Assembly (NCBI RefSeq): GCF_004010195.1
Contig: NC_057755.1
Location: 8,683,685 to 8,747,684, forward strand
Source: Chiloscyllium plagiosum
Taxonomy: Eukaryota
Reading direction: 5' to 3'
DNA length: 64,000 bases
Position numbers and translations under genes: made by a program. Shown here in pieces: positions 1 through 12,222 of this stretch (the stretch's first letter is position 1; the number at the start of each line of letters is the position of its first letter). Under the pieces are notes generated by a model that was not told the origin of the DNA, searched no databases, and saw only the letters and a list, made by a program, of their open reading frames with translations.

Positions 1-592
1 CGTTCATTAGTAGAGGGATTGAATTCAAGAGTCGTGAAGTGATGTTGCAACTGTACAGGACTTTGGTTAGGCCGCATTTGGAGTACTGTGTGCAGTTCTG
101 GTCGCCTCACTTTAGGAAAGATGTGGGAGCTTTGGAGAGGTTGCAGAGAAGATTTACCAGGATGTTGCCTGGAATGGAGAGGAAGTCGTACGAGGATCGG
201 TTGAGAGTTCTCGGCCTTTTCTCGTTGGAACGGCGAAGGATGAGGGGTGACTTGATAGAGGTTTATAAGATGATCAGAGGAATAGGTAGAGTAGACAGTC
301 AGAAACTTTTTCCCCGGGCACAACCGAGTGTTACAAGGGGACATAAATTTATGGTGAAGGGTGGAAGGTATAGGGGAGATGTCAGGGGTGGGTTCTTTAC
401 CCAGAGAGTGGTGGGGGCATGGAATGCGCTGCCTGTGGGAGTGGTAGAGTCAGAATCTTTGGTGACCTTTAAGCGGAAATTGGATAGGTACATGGATGGG
501 TGCTTAAGCTAGTACAAATGTTCGGCACAACATCGTGGGCCGAAGGGCCTGGTCTGTGCTGTATTGTTCTATGTTCTATGTTCTATATGTTC
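1..592 (+). mobile_element. CR1-clade (HER1-like) LINE, 3' end: ORF2 C-terminus, 3' UTR and (TTCTATG)n tail
   Basis: ORF 39-512 LYRTLVRPHLEYCVQFWSP...FFTQRVVGAWNALP is typical of the CR1 ORF2 C-terminus; GGGCCGAAGGGCC 3' stem; tail repeats at 566-592. Confidence 0.93.
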
Positions 593-809
593 ACAACTGC
601 GATGTGGATGGTGTAGTGAATGATTCCCTGGCAGGGGTTGTTAACCTGGTCAATCAGGGACCCATGTTGACAGGTATAAACAGGAGGGTCAGGTGTTATG
701 TTCACACTGAGAGCTCGCGCTGAGGAAAACAGATTAGTGTCAAGTACTTTACGAGAGTAAATAAAGTGTGACTTCGTGACGGGAAACCGACGTCTGTGGA
801 GGTATTTCA
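593..809 (+). mobile_element. 5' LTR of Gypsy element copy A (empty TATA site)
   Basis: Homologous to LTR copies at 28385-28610, 40935-41140 and 45645-46057; TATAAACAGGAGGGT at 675-689, AATAAA at 760, ends ...TTTCA. Confidence 0.75.
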
Positions 810-3443
810 TTGTTGATGACAGTGAGGTTAGTGATGTATTCATGCAAAAGTGCCTACTCTCTGAATTCCAAGCAATTCAATCAGAGATTTAAAAAGGCTT
901 TGTTATTCAGAAATGCATCAAGTGGAGCTTAACAGTTGCCGGGTATGCCGATGAAAATGAACACTCCCACCAAGACAACTGGGCTTTCAGGACATCACTT
1001 GAACATAGAACATAGAACAATACAGCACAGAACAGGCCCTTCGGCACACGATGTTGTGCCGAACATTTGTCCTAGCTTAAGCACCCATCCATGTACCTAT
1101 CCAATTTCCGCTTAAAGGTCACCAAAGATTCTGACTCTACCACTCCCACAGGCAGCGCATTCCATGCCCCCACCACTCTCTGGGTAAAGAACCCACCCCT
1201 GACATCTGCCCGATATCTTCCACCCTTCACCTTAAATTTATGTCCCCTTGAGTGAAGCAATTGCTTCGCCTCAGGACATATCCTGAACAGATGGACTCAA
1301 AGTAAGTTCACACCAAAACCCCAAAAGAAAGCCAAATCTTGGCCAAGCCTTTAACATTTTCTTCAGGATCTGAGCAAGCAAGCCATTGTAGTTGCTACTG
1401 AAATGCGGTCTTGTGTCACTAAAAGAGTCCCACGATGCCTGAAGTGAGTAAGAGAACTAATAGGCCGGTATTCAGGAGAGTGCACACCCTGGACAACCCA
1501 CCTGCTACTTTCTTGAAATTGCTTAGCAACATTCAAATTAGAAGCAAATACAATAAACGTCTGTTTAAATAGTCACCAGGTACTAATGGAGTAGATACCA
1601 GTACAGCTCTATCAGAGATTGCAGAATCAATTTTTAACAAAGTTCACTTGGGATTCCAACGCTTACGTTTGCGTAAGATCTCAGCTAGAGTGAGTGCCTA
1701 TCTTGGGGACCCTTTACAGATTTAAGGGTCACCTTAAGTTCTGGGCTCGTATGAGAAGCAGCTGGTTGGGTTTCCACTGATTGTAGTAAAACGAATCAGG
1801 CCCAAGGATCATGCAGCAGAATTCATTGAGAACGATTTACTTTTGTTGGCTGAGCATTTTACACTTAGAAAATAGCTGTTTGGGTGAAATCCCGAAAGAA
1901 ATATCCAGAGCTTTTTCTGGAATGTCTAGGGATTACCAAAGGAGCCAAGGCGAACTTGCATTTTGACCATGAAGCAATTCACCGATTCTGCAAGAGCTAC
2001 CCAGTGCCATTTACACAGAAGGGAAAAGCAGAGGCAGAAATCAAGAGAATGGAAAGGGAAAGAATTATGAAACCAATACAATTTGCAGAATGGGCAGCAT
2101 CTGGCGTACCAATTGTGAGACATATCGGTTGGTTTGCAATTGAGAGAATTTCAACCTAACTGTAAACCAATTCTCACAACTGGATAAGTACGCACTTTAT
2201 AGAGAACAGCATTTTATTATGGGGCGGAAGAGGGATTGTCCCGAGCAAATATCTCCCCCAGCGCCTGTCTGAATACCAGCCGGAGCATCCACTGGTTTCC
2301 AAAATAAATACTTTGGCGTGACGTTATGCCTGGTGGCCAGGAGTGGATGCCAACATAGCCATGTTCGTGGGGTTGTGCTCAGAGTACCAATAAGGATAAA
2401 GCTTACTGCCAGCATGTACGATCTTACTCATGGAAATGGCTCTTTAAACCCTGAACTCGGTTACACGTGGACAATACCAGTCCTTTCATGGGTGTTTGGT
2501 TATTGTGGATGCCCATTGAAGGTGGTTATAGTTCATTTGGCAATCTCCATGATGATGATTGTGAGCATTATCCATGCGACATGGACTTTCAGAAGTATCA
2601 GTCATGGATAATGGGTCAGCGGTTTGCAGCAGGGATATTGAATTTTTGCTCTTATCGCATGGTGTTAATCAAGTTGCCGCCACTAGGTACCATCCATTGT
2701 CCAATTGTCTGGTCAGGAGTGCAGTCCAGACATTGAAGCAGGCTTAAAGAAACAGCGCAGAGTTTCACTTGTGACCAATCTGTCCCAGTTCCTGTTACAT
2801 TATTGGTCCACCTCTCATGCAATCAAGGAAAGCTCCGGCAGAGTTGCTGATGGGGAGAATACTCTGCACCAGGTTAAACCTGATATTCCCTGAATTGGGA
2901 GGCGGCGAGAGAGAAACAGCAACAGGAGCACCAATATGAGCCACATACCTCCTCTAAGCAAGACAAACATTTTTCGTAGGGAATGACATTCAGTGTCAAA
3001 ACCAGGGAAATGGCCCTGCATGAGTACGACGAGACGTAAATTCGAGGTCAGGTCCTGCAACTTTCAAAGTTTGGGGAGGTGAGGCAGTCCTGAACAAACA
3101 TGTCGATCACATGAGAGCTGTTCCTTTGCCAACGAGGTAAGAGCAAAACATACCTGTCCCCTCAGAACAACCAAAAAGTCTGTCAGGAGCCGTGCTCTTA
3201 CCCTTTGTTACAAATCGAAGAAACCTCTGAGTCTGAGATGGATGTAGCCTCGATACTCTTACCACTTATCGAAGAGGAGAAAACTATCCCGACATGCTCT
3301 CGGGGTAAGAGATGATTTATGGTCCAGTAAACGTCACCAGTGTCCGAGTCAGAATCACAGGAACCAGAACTGGGTGAAAACATCCCAGGCGAAGCTACAA
3401 GAGGAAGAGCAATCGTACATCTTCGGACTTTGTGGAGGAGTAA
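810..3443 (+). mobile_element. Degenerate, internally deleted Gypsy (K02A2.6-like) gag-pol region, copy A
   Basis: ORF 1884-2159 resembles the RT N-terminus (FCKSYPVPF...MKPIQFAEWAASGVPIV); integrase-like remnants at 2400-2900; purine-rich tract before the LTR at 3430-3443. Confidence 0.78.
1001..1250 (-). mobile_element. 5'-truncated CR1/HER1 LINE 3' end inserted in the Gypsy internal region
   Basis: Near-identical reverse complement of 331-592; ORF 1072-1260 repeats the C-terminus of ORF 39-512; CTTGA on both flanks. Confidence 0.93.
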
Positions 3444-4080
3444 TGTCGTCATTGGAACGAGCGCCAGGTAGATCACTGACTATGAAATCCTTGGCAAGGA
3501 TCTGGCCCAATCAAGGAACCCTGACTGACAGAGTTTAACTGGAGAATGTCACTACTAAGTGATCGTCCCTCTTCTGCAGTCATGTTTGAGGCCGGATGTC
3601 CTTGGAGAGGGAGCATGCGGTGTCCACCAATGCCCTCGATGCCTTTTGGGAGAGGTTGTCACTGTGGGGGATAGAGTTTTCATTTCATCTTTTCCTTGCC
3701 CTTTTGTTTTCTCAGGTAGGCCTTGTCCGTATTGGACTTTGCTTCTTCGTGGTTTCATGGCCACATGAGTGTTTTACTGATGGCGAATTACAGCATAAAT
3801 TTCTTGAGCATTGTTGTCTTTTTTTACTGAGTCTGTGTCAACACACACACAGCTGCAGGTGTATGAGTGGTGTGGGGGAAATACAAGCGCTACAGCTGTG
3901 TAGTTGTCGTGTTGGGAATATATCAGCCAAAAAGTAAAAAGGAAGGTAAAGAGAAAACACAGGAGGGTTTCCTCACTCTAGGCACTGGCTTTGAGAAAGC
4001 TGGTTAGAGCCCACATACTGTGCGCTTGTAAATAAAGGGTGACTTGTTGAAGGGGTTCCGGCCTCTATACAGTTATTTAA
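3444..4080 (+). mobile_element. 3' LTR of Gypsy copy A, interrupted at the TATA region by a Tx1 fragment
   Basis: Starts TGTCGTCATTGGAACGAG; aligns with 34114-35877; LTR resumes at ACAGGAGGGT (~3958) and runs to AATAAAGGGTGAC...TTATTTAA. Confidence 0.75.
3548..3957 (+). mobile_element. Old 5'-truncated Tx1-clade LINE (ORF2 end, 3' UTR, A-rich tail)
   Basis: SLEREHAVSTNALDAFWERL matches SLEKEHTLSTNTLELFRERW at the end of the full Tx1 ORF2 (18400-18460). Confidence 0.8.
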
Positions 4081-4254
4081 ATTAATGCATTCTATTGTTA
4101 TGAATGAGAATTGATTGGAAAATCGGAATTGGAGTAAAGAAGAACAAGGAACAGATTGAGTCTGCCAGGTTTCTCAAGGGAGGAAGCTAAATACACAAAT
4201 GTTTTTAATCCGTTAGATGAGCACAACTTACCAGGGTAGGATATTTGCTCTGTG

Positions 4255-4720
4255 CGATAGTACAGGCATTGGGGCTGGGCCAGCATTGATAAACCTCCCC
4301 GAGGTGTCCCTTGAGAAGGTGACGAAGTGCTACTTCATTTTCACCTGCTAGTAGGATCGCCCATAATGTCCTGTGGGAGGAAATTACAGGATTGTGACAC
4401 AACGACAGTGAAAGAACTGTTGTATTTCCCAGGCGAGATGGTAAGTGACTTTGAGGGGAACGCGGTGTTCTCATGTTTCTGCTTCCCTTCTCCTTCAAGA
4501 TGGAATTGTCCTGAGTTGGGGATGCTGTCTCAGGATCTTTGATGAACTTCTGCTAAGTTTTTTTTGCAGCAGGTACACACTGCTATGACTGACTGTTCAT
4601 GGTGGAGGGGTTGGATGTTTGTGAATGTGGTTACAATCATGTGGTGTGCTTTATCCTGGATGATGTCAACCTTCTTTAGTGTTGTTGTGTCTGTACTCAT
4701 GCAGGTAAGTGCATTAAGGG
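4255..4720 (-). mobile_element. Old CR1/L2-type LINE 3' fragment, part of the duplicated unit (paralogues ~19260-19680 and ~36060-36460)
   Basis: TTTLKKVDIIQDKA-type peptide (ORF 4530-4727); same position downstream of the LTR in all three units. Confidence 0.6.
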
Positions 4721-6138
4721 GCATCAATACAAGACTGAGATGAGCAGGAATGTCTTCCCCCAGAGGGTTGTGAGACTGGGCAACTCCTTGACTCGGAAAG
4801 ACGTTAGAAAATTGTCCTTATCTAGACTTAAAGCTGAGAGTGTCAGATTCCTGATCATTTGGGGAATAGCAGATTCTCGGGAAATGGCCGGAAAGTGGAC
4901 ATGCGGACTGTCGGAGCCGCCATGATCCTACTGAATGGTGGAGTAACCTCACGGAACCGAACAGCCTCCTCCTGTTCTTACTTATAATAGCATTATGGTT
5001 TGATATAATGTCTTCACAACATCACATTAAACCACCAAATGTCACGTATCACTTGTTAGAGGAGAATGACTGAAGACAATCTCTTAACACTCAGTTCTAT
5101 TCTAATCATCAAATGATTTATTCTACAGCCACCAGGGAGTAAGTCGCTGGTTTTATCATGTGTTTATCCACTGAGCAAGGGATATCATGCACTTTGTTTA
5201 CTTTTCCTTCAGCACATCCTGGCTGCTTCAGGATTTCCTATACATTGATTCTCAGTGACGAAGAATTTTCTTCTCAATTCGTGTCTGTGCTCAGTATTTC
5301 TTTCCACAGTGAATCTTGGTGCTGAGTCTCAATGTTCAGGGAGCTATCAGATGTGGTGTGGTAAGTGAGCATTCACTGTACACTGTAATTAATGTGCCCG
5401 GAAATAAATAGGAGAAAGTAACAGCAAAGAGTCACAATTGTAGACAGGAACTGAAACCTCACCTGGCATTTTATAGTAGCTGAAACAAACCAAACTGCAA
5501 GGCAAACCCAAAGAAGGATGTTCAGGAACGTTGACCATAGAGTCATGATTTGGAGTTTCAATCAAGAATTTTGGGAGATGGTGTACAACAATGGGACAAC
5601 TGGTTGTTTTGAGGAAACAATGCAAGATACTGAATGTGAATTGTGGAAGTCACTTTTAATTATTGAATGTTACGGTCCAAGCTGCTAATAATACTGGTCA
5701 CATCAGATCCCAGAATGACAGTAGTTTGGAACATATTAAGGTTAATCTTTGCATTGGTTGCCATGGTAGTCAGTCACTGAACATATTCACGTGAGGCTGT
5801 CACTGTCCTTTCAGCACAAGAACATAAACTATTAACGAGAAAATGCAAATCTGTAAATATATAGAAAATTGGAAGACAAAAGAGAAGACTCAGTCTTTTG
5901 CCAGAAATAGCCTTTACACATACTCAATCTCAGTGATATATTATCCTAAACTCAATTCATTACTTTCTGCACAAATGTTTAATTCCAATCTTCGTGGCTG
6001 AGAGGCGTCTTTCTCATACAAAGGACCTGGATGTCTTTTCAGTTAATGAAACGAGGCAAATTCCACACGCTCGTTCAGTCTGGAGATCCTGTTGTAAGAC
6101 TGAAAAACCAGCTTCAAGTACAGGTCAGATCTGTATGC

Positions 6139-7345
6139 TTATTTGCACAGTTTAACAATTCGAATAAATGGATATTTTACTCCCCTGATTAACTCCTCTC
6201 TGAATTTCGTTTGTGTTAGAGCGGAAATACAGGTGTTGGTGCATGAACTCAGAAGCCGTAGCATGAATCCAATTTCTTGCAATACAAATATTGGATCACT
6301 CAACGTCTTGTCTTTATAATTAAGGTTTACTTCTCGCCGATTTTAAACTCATGCAATAAACGGTTTCCACAACAGTATAAAATTAACAGACAATGCAAAG
6401 AGCAAGATGATGGATTTTCTCCGGCTGGCCACATCTGGATCATAATTATTCTGTTCAAAGTTTGTGAGAAGATTTTTAGCTCGGGTGCTCGTTGTTGTGG
6501 TTCTGTTCGCTGAGCTGGGAATTTGTGTTGCAGACATTTCGTCCCCTGTCTAGGTGATATCCTCAGTGCTTGGGAGCCTCCTGTGAAGCGCTTTTGTGAT
6601 GTTTCCTTCGGCATTTATAGTGGTTTGTCTCTGCCACTTCCGATTGTCAGTTCCAGCTCTCTGTTGTAGTGGTCGGTATATTGGGTCCAGGTCGATGTGC
6701 TTATTGATTGAATCTGTGGATGAGTATGGATTCTTTGGATTGAATCTGTGGATTATGTCCATTTCCATGAATTTAGAGGCGACAGCGGATGCGGTTGGCT
6801 TTTATAATATTCCTGACAGGCAGAGCATCGAGTATCAAAATCAGTACAATTCGAAGAGATGGTATCATTATAACATTAATCCAGACAGACACTTTTCAAA
6901 ATAATAATGTATGATAGTCTGATTTTGTGATGCAAAACAGTAGTGCATTGTCAATAGCAATTGAAGGAATAAATACAAAATACCAAATAATCGACCGCAA
7001 ACAGCTGACTACACTCGCAGTTACGATAACCATGAATGCAGTTATTGGATTACAATATCTTGCTGTTAGATTCTGGCAACAAACTGCTACAAACCGATCA
7101 AATGTGAAAGCAACTGTGAATCAAATTGAGCAGCTCAAGGCTGAAATGTATAAACAATTCTCAAAGATCACACAGGAGTGATGGATAAGACAGTAACTGG
7201 GAAATACAGATTGTTAATTCGGTTCAGTAAGACATTAAGGGTGACGAGAAGTATATCTGCTGTAGACATTGCCAACAAATAGCAAGTGAAGCATTTGGAG
7301 AGCCCACAATGGCGTGGATTTAGGGTCACAATTCCCACCAAATAA
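6139..7345 (-). pseudogene. GPR139-like class A GPCR pseudogene (exon 2 only), paralogue 1
   Basis: LVGIVTLNPRHCGLSKCFTCYLLAMSTADILL and RRKSIILLFALSVNFILLW align with the intact copy; frameshifts, a Penelope insertion, lost splice-acceptor AG near 7345, no exon 1 found. Confidence 0.88.
6451..6755 (-). mobile_element. Penelope-like element 3' fragment inserted in the GPCR third intracellular loop
   Basis: SSTDSINKHIDLDPIYRPLQ resembles the C-terminal end of a PLE ORF; GPCR sequence continues on both sides. Confidence 0.7.
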
Positions 7346-7999
7346 AATAAAGAAGGTACACTTTTTATGATTCGAGTCACAGCAAAAGCATCAGCTTCGT
7401 TTGTCTGTTAAATCACATGGATTGACTCAGGTTGATATCGTAACTAAATTACACCATACATGGTGAAAAGTTGGAATTGAGGAATCAAGGAAACTGTAAA
7501 TTATGAATGCATGCTTTGAGCAAATAGAGTAAGTAAACAAAGCAATGTGGAATAAAAGTTAAAATAAATGAAATATTTTATTGCAAGTATGTCATGTTGA
7601 CAGATTCACCGAAATGTTCAGTACGTTTTTCGTGCTGATTAAACTGGTAACGGATAAAAATAAACACAAATTAAAGTGGTAATAAGGAAAAGGTATTTTA
7701 CCGCAATGTCTCAATCAGAAATGTAACGCATGAACAGCCACGACAATATATATTTTCTGAAGTGGAACTGAAATGGCTAACGATGTGCTTTTGCTTGTCA
7801 CAGGGGTCGCACACCTTCTCACTTATGATAGCCTGCAGGGTTTATCAAACAGGGAACACAGAAGCAGGAGGTTGGGAAGCATCAGATCACATGAGAATCA
7901 TCCTGGAACTCTCTAAATGTGGTACTTTGACAGAATAGTGCTATGGACAAGACCAAACTGTCCTCAAAATATATAAAGAAAATAGCAGAGACGCTAAAT

Positions 8000-9380
8000 T
8001 TTATTTTTGTTTTCAAATCAAATGCTCGGTATTGTTTTCCAGATGCAATTTGATTGGTCAAACTGCCAGATTTGAAGCAAAGCATTTTATTCGTGCACCA
8101 TAGTTAAATCACAACGGAAGAATTAAGAAGTTAGAATGACTTAATTCCTTATGAACATTTTACAGAATAATAGATTATTTAACGAGTGAACAGTAACTGT
8201 TCTAACATGGTTATATGTCATAAACACACCCTTGAAAAAAAAGGAAACGTCAGTCAAAACAGACGGTCTGAATACAATTCTAGCAGCAGGAAGAGAACCT
8301 CAAGCATTTAGCTGTAACCAAGAATGGGGGAAAATACAGGTTACACATCTTCAAGACCCCAATAACTGATGCGACTGAAAAATCGAACATTCACTACTAC
8401 AGTCTATTTCTGTCCATTTTCCTCCTGCCACCAACCACCCTCAGTCTTTCTCAACTAAATTTGTGACAACACCTCACCAATACGTTCTCTAGTCCTGCCT
8501 TTACATAATTTTCAAATTGAAAGGCTGTAGCAAAAAGCTCCATCTAAAAAGTCTGGAATGCTAGTATGTAAAATTTTCCAAAACTTTAAAGGGTTATGAT
8601 CAATATATACAATCATCTCACAATGTTTCTGGCAGCATTAATGTTGAAATGTTACAACGCCAAGCTGAAGGTCTCCTTCTCAATCGTGATTGAGAAATTT
8701 TAGAATTTTCTTTTAAAAAATACCCAATATGTCTTTCTAACTTCCTGCCCTCTTCTTGCAATAGTACACCACTAACAATCACATCATTGTCATCGATAGT
8801 CACCTTGAGCGTCCAATAACATGGCCCAGAAATGTGACTTGCGATTTTGCAAACGCCTTTTAGTTAGATTTAAATTTGAGCACACCTCCTGAAGATGATC
8901 AAATAGATCTGATAGATGGACCAGACCAGAACCCAACAAAATATGTTAAGACAATAGCCTCGACCCTAAGTTTCGCCTATTTTAAATCCAAATGCCAAGT
9001 GCTGCATTCAGACACAATTCGCTTGGTCAAAATATCAGATTAAAAGCAAAACACACCTCATGCATACAGTATAGTTAAAACATAAAAAATGAAAGAGGAA
9101 ACTGAAGAAACTTAACCCTATTAGAAATCTTAACAAAATTATAGATTATTTACTTACTGGGTATTACCTCAACCAATTTAATAACACCTCCTAGACACAC
9201 GCGTCAAAAAGCAAAGTCAGTAAAACACATTGCCTTACATGTAATTGTAACAGCAAGGAGAGAACCTCAGCTTTGAGCTGTAACCAAGAGAGGAGAAAAA
9301 TGAAAACAATTTCCACATCTTCAGGACCTCATAACTGCTTTCGCTGAAAAGCTAAAAAGAAAAGTATTGTATCGGAGACA
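8000..9380 (-). mobile_element. Degraded Gypsy remnants (RNase H fragment and LTR-like pieces)
   Basis: ORF 8618-8803 DVIVSGVLLQEEGRKLERHIGYF parallels the RNase H at 48505-48702; imperfect direct repeat ~8100-8370 / ~9080-9330. Confidence 0.6.
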
Positions 9381-9469
9381 GTTTGAAGTTGAGTGTTTGC
9401 AATGGTGAGAACGAGAGCCAGGCGAATGTCATGGATGATGAGATCAAGATTGAGGTTGTTATCTTGAGC

Positions 9470-9552
9470 TGAAACTTTATTGCTGGAACAGCACAGCAGG
9501 TCAGGCAGCATCTAGGGAACAGAAGATTCGACGTTTCGGGCACATGCCCTTC
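9470..9552 (-). mobile_element. Penelope terminal fragment with 14-bp TSD
   Basis: TTGTTATCTTGAGC at 9456-9469 and 9553-9566; the insert matches the PLE 3' terminus seen at 35740-35816. Confidence 0.85.
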
Positions 9553-9605
9553 TTGTTATCTTGAGCCATTAAAGCAATCCTGGTTGACAGATATCAACCG
9601 GGGGT

Positions 9606-11213
9606 TTGGAGAAAAGGACAATGTTAATTTTATGGAAAGGCTTAGCCCTTGGACTGTAGTTTTCTTTGTTTTTTGTATGTGCCTTCACTTTTTTTATTCG
9701 TGTTAGGACTGAGCCCTGTGGAAGACATACATTTTACCAGAGAAGCTGTTCCTGTGGGGAGGCCTAGCCCTGGAGCTGGTCTTCTGAAGATTGAACACCT
9801 GTATGTGTGCTGGGAAGTGAGCAGTTGCTGTATCCTGGAGTTTGGGAGAAGACCTTTCCTTCAGGAGTGGACCAAACCCCTACTATGTACTGTGTTCTTG
9901 TGAGTGGGCCTGGCTCTCCAAGGCTGGACCAGGACTCCATTGAGAGTCAACACCTGTGTGCTGTGGGGTGTGTATTTGCTGCCTCCAGGAGTGGACTCTG
10001 CACTTGGTTGTGGACTGTTTTTAACAACGTACTCTGCAGTTCGGAGCGGCCTCTAATTCTGACATTGCACAATGTATACTGGAGTGGACTCTTCCTGGAA
10101 ATTGATTCCATATCTTGAAGACTGTAGAGATTTGGACTGTGTACCAGAAAGGAGTTTTTTTTTTTGGGTAACAAACTGTATTGTGGTGTTTCCTGGGTCT
10201 ATCACCCACACTGTCTTGCGTGTCCCTGGGTCTGGCAGGCCTTGCTGTGAGCTGGGAGGCTCATGGGTCGTCCTGAAAGCTGTCATCCCGAGAGCCGGAG
10301 TGTGGGTAGGCCATCCTGTGAATCTGAAGGTTGGTAGGCTGCCCCAAAGGCCGGAGGGTGGGTATGCCACCCTGATGCCAGTCGCCCCGAGAGCCAGATG
10401 GTGGGTAGGCTGTTCGGAGCACTGTCGTCCCGATAAGGGGTAATCGGGACGGGCTGTCCTAGAGGTGGCCGAAAGGTGTCAGAGCAACTGAGAGCCAGAA
10501 GACGCGTAGGGGCGGGCTGAGATCCGGAAGGCTTGTGGGCTACCCTATACGCTGTCGTCCCAGGGTAGGGGACGGGCTGTCCTCGAGGTGGTCGAAAGGT
10601 GTGCCAGGATAGCCCACTGGTCGGAGGTGCAACGGGGTGGGTGAGAGCCCAATGGTAGGTAGGGGCAGACCGAGAGCCAGAAGGCGGGTAGCCGTCCTCA
10701 GCACTGTACCGGGGCGGGCTGCCGCAGAGGTGGTCGGAAGGTGCTGAGGGTGGTCAGTGAAGCCGGAAGATGGGTATGCCGTCCTGACCGCTGTCACCCC
10801 GGGCGGGTACCAGGGCTGGCTGTCCTAGAGGTGGTCGAAAGGTGTGTCAGGGCGGACAGAGAACTGGAAGGGGCATGGGGTGACCGAGAACCGGAAGGTG
10901 GGTAGGGGCGGGCTGCCTTAGAGTGGTCGGAAGGTGGGAGGGGTGGGAGCTTGCTGAGTCTGTATTGTCGTCACTTTTGTATGTAACAGTACTGTGTAAT
11001 GTACAACTGTCATTGCTGTTGTTTCTTTATATCTTTATGTGAAACTGGGATTTGAGGTTTGTCCTCATGTCCCTGTAAACTGTTTGAATGGTAGAGTTTG
11101 GGGCCTGGCTTTGCTGCTCCTCTCCCTTGTAAAATTGCTATCTCTTGTATGCAGCTGTAATTGTAACTGTTTATTGTAAACTGTTTTTGTAATTTGTTTG
11201 TTTAATAAAATAA
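9606..11213 (+). mobile_element. Unclassified non-coding, A-tailed retroposed insertion
   Basis: Flanked by the imperfect duplication ATATCAACCGGGGGT (9591-9605) / ATATTAAACAGGGGT (11214-11228); T-rich 3' region ending AATAAAATAA. Confidence 0.55.
10260..10950. repeat. GC-rich imperfect minisatellite-like array
   Basis: Recurrent GGGCTGTCCTAGAGGTGGTCGAAAGGTG and GAGAGCCAGAAGGTGGGTAGG modules. Confidence 0.7.
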
Positions 11214-11389
11214 ATATTAAACAGGGGTCTTTTGATGTGAAGGGCAGTGCTTGTCACTGGCCACTCGGGTGTTTGCCTATCTTAAGAGTTGGAGCAGTGT
11301 GAGAGTGTGTTTGTACGTGCAAGGACTCTTCTCCTTGAAGGGGACTGTCCCTGGACTAGCTGAAGAAGGAAGAAGAGGAGGAGGCAGAA

Positions 11390-12200
11390 GCAGAAGGAGG
11401 TGAGAGCTTTTGAGTCTGGGGCCTAGTTTGGAGCTGCAGCCTGGGCCTCACCCAGGTCAAGGGAGTGTTGCTGCTGACCTGGGGCACACTCCCACTGCTG
11501 GCAGAAGGAGGTGAGAGCTTTTGAGTCTGGGGCCTAGTTTGGAGCTGCAGCCCAGGTCAAGGGAGTGTTGCTGCTGACCTGGGGCACACTCCCACTGCTG
11601 GTCTCTGGGACCCCGCCCGGACCTGCCTCAGCTGTTGCTGCTTGGAGCCTGCCTCACTGCTGCTGCCTGGGACTTGCCTTGTGGTCCCTCCCTGGACCTT
11701 CACCACTGTTGCTGTTGTTAGAGGCCCACCTCCACTGCTGCTGCCTTTGACTCAATTTTGGGGCTGCCTGGGACTTGCCTTGGGGACCCACCCCAACAGG
11801 TCTGCCCCCCACCGCTGCGACCGAGGGCCTGCTTAGGACTTGCCAGACGCCTGCCTCCACCACCGCTGCCTGGGACTCGCCTTGTCCCCTCCCCAGGACC
11901 TCCACCACTGCCACTGCTGGAGGCCTACCTCCACTGCTGCTGCTGGCTGGGACTCAATTTTGCGGCTGCCTGGGACTTGCCTTGGGGACCCTCCCCAACA
12001 GGTCTTCCCCCTCCCCATCGCTGCGACAGAGGGCCTACCTGGGACTCTCCAGAGGCCTGCCTCCACCGCTGTTGCTGCCTGAGGCCGGTCTCCACTGTTG
12101 CTGCCTGGGACTCGCCTTGGGTGACTCGCCTTGGGCACCTCGCCACAACCTCCACCATTGCTGCTGCCAGAGGCCCACCTCCACCGCTGCTGCCTGGGGC
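11390..12200 (+). repeat. Internal repeats of the Tx1 5' UTR
   Basis: Tandem ~110-bp duplication at 11390-11500 / 11501-11601, then many CTGCCTGGGACT(T/C)GCC modules. Confidence 0.8.
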
Positions 12201-12222
12201 CTACCAATATCCAGCAGCAGAG

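Noticed and set aside
5373..5561. Hydrophobic minus-strand ORF recurring at 19877 and 36499 (LSTFLxILLWVCL)
   Set aside because: The similarity is explained by the unit duplication; starts, lengths and frames are not conserved.
6927..7181. Plus-strand ORFs MMQN...ATNRSNV (also at 21242)
   Set aside because: Antisense shadows of the GPCR coding sequence.
10260..10950. Repeat-spacer-like pattern suggesting a CRISPR array
   Set aside because: Repeats are degenerate, the spacers are themselves repetitive, there are no cas genes, and the context is vertebrate.
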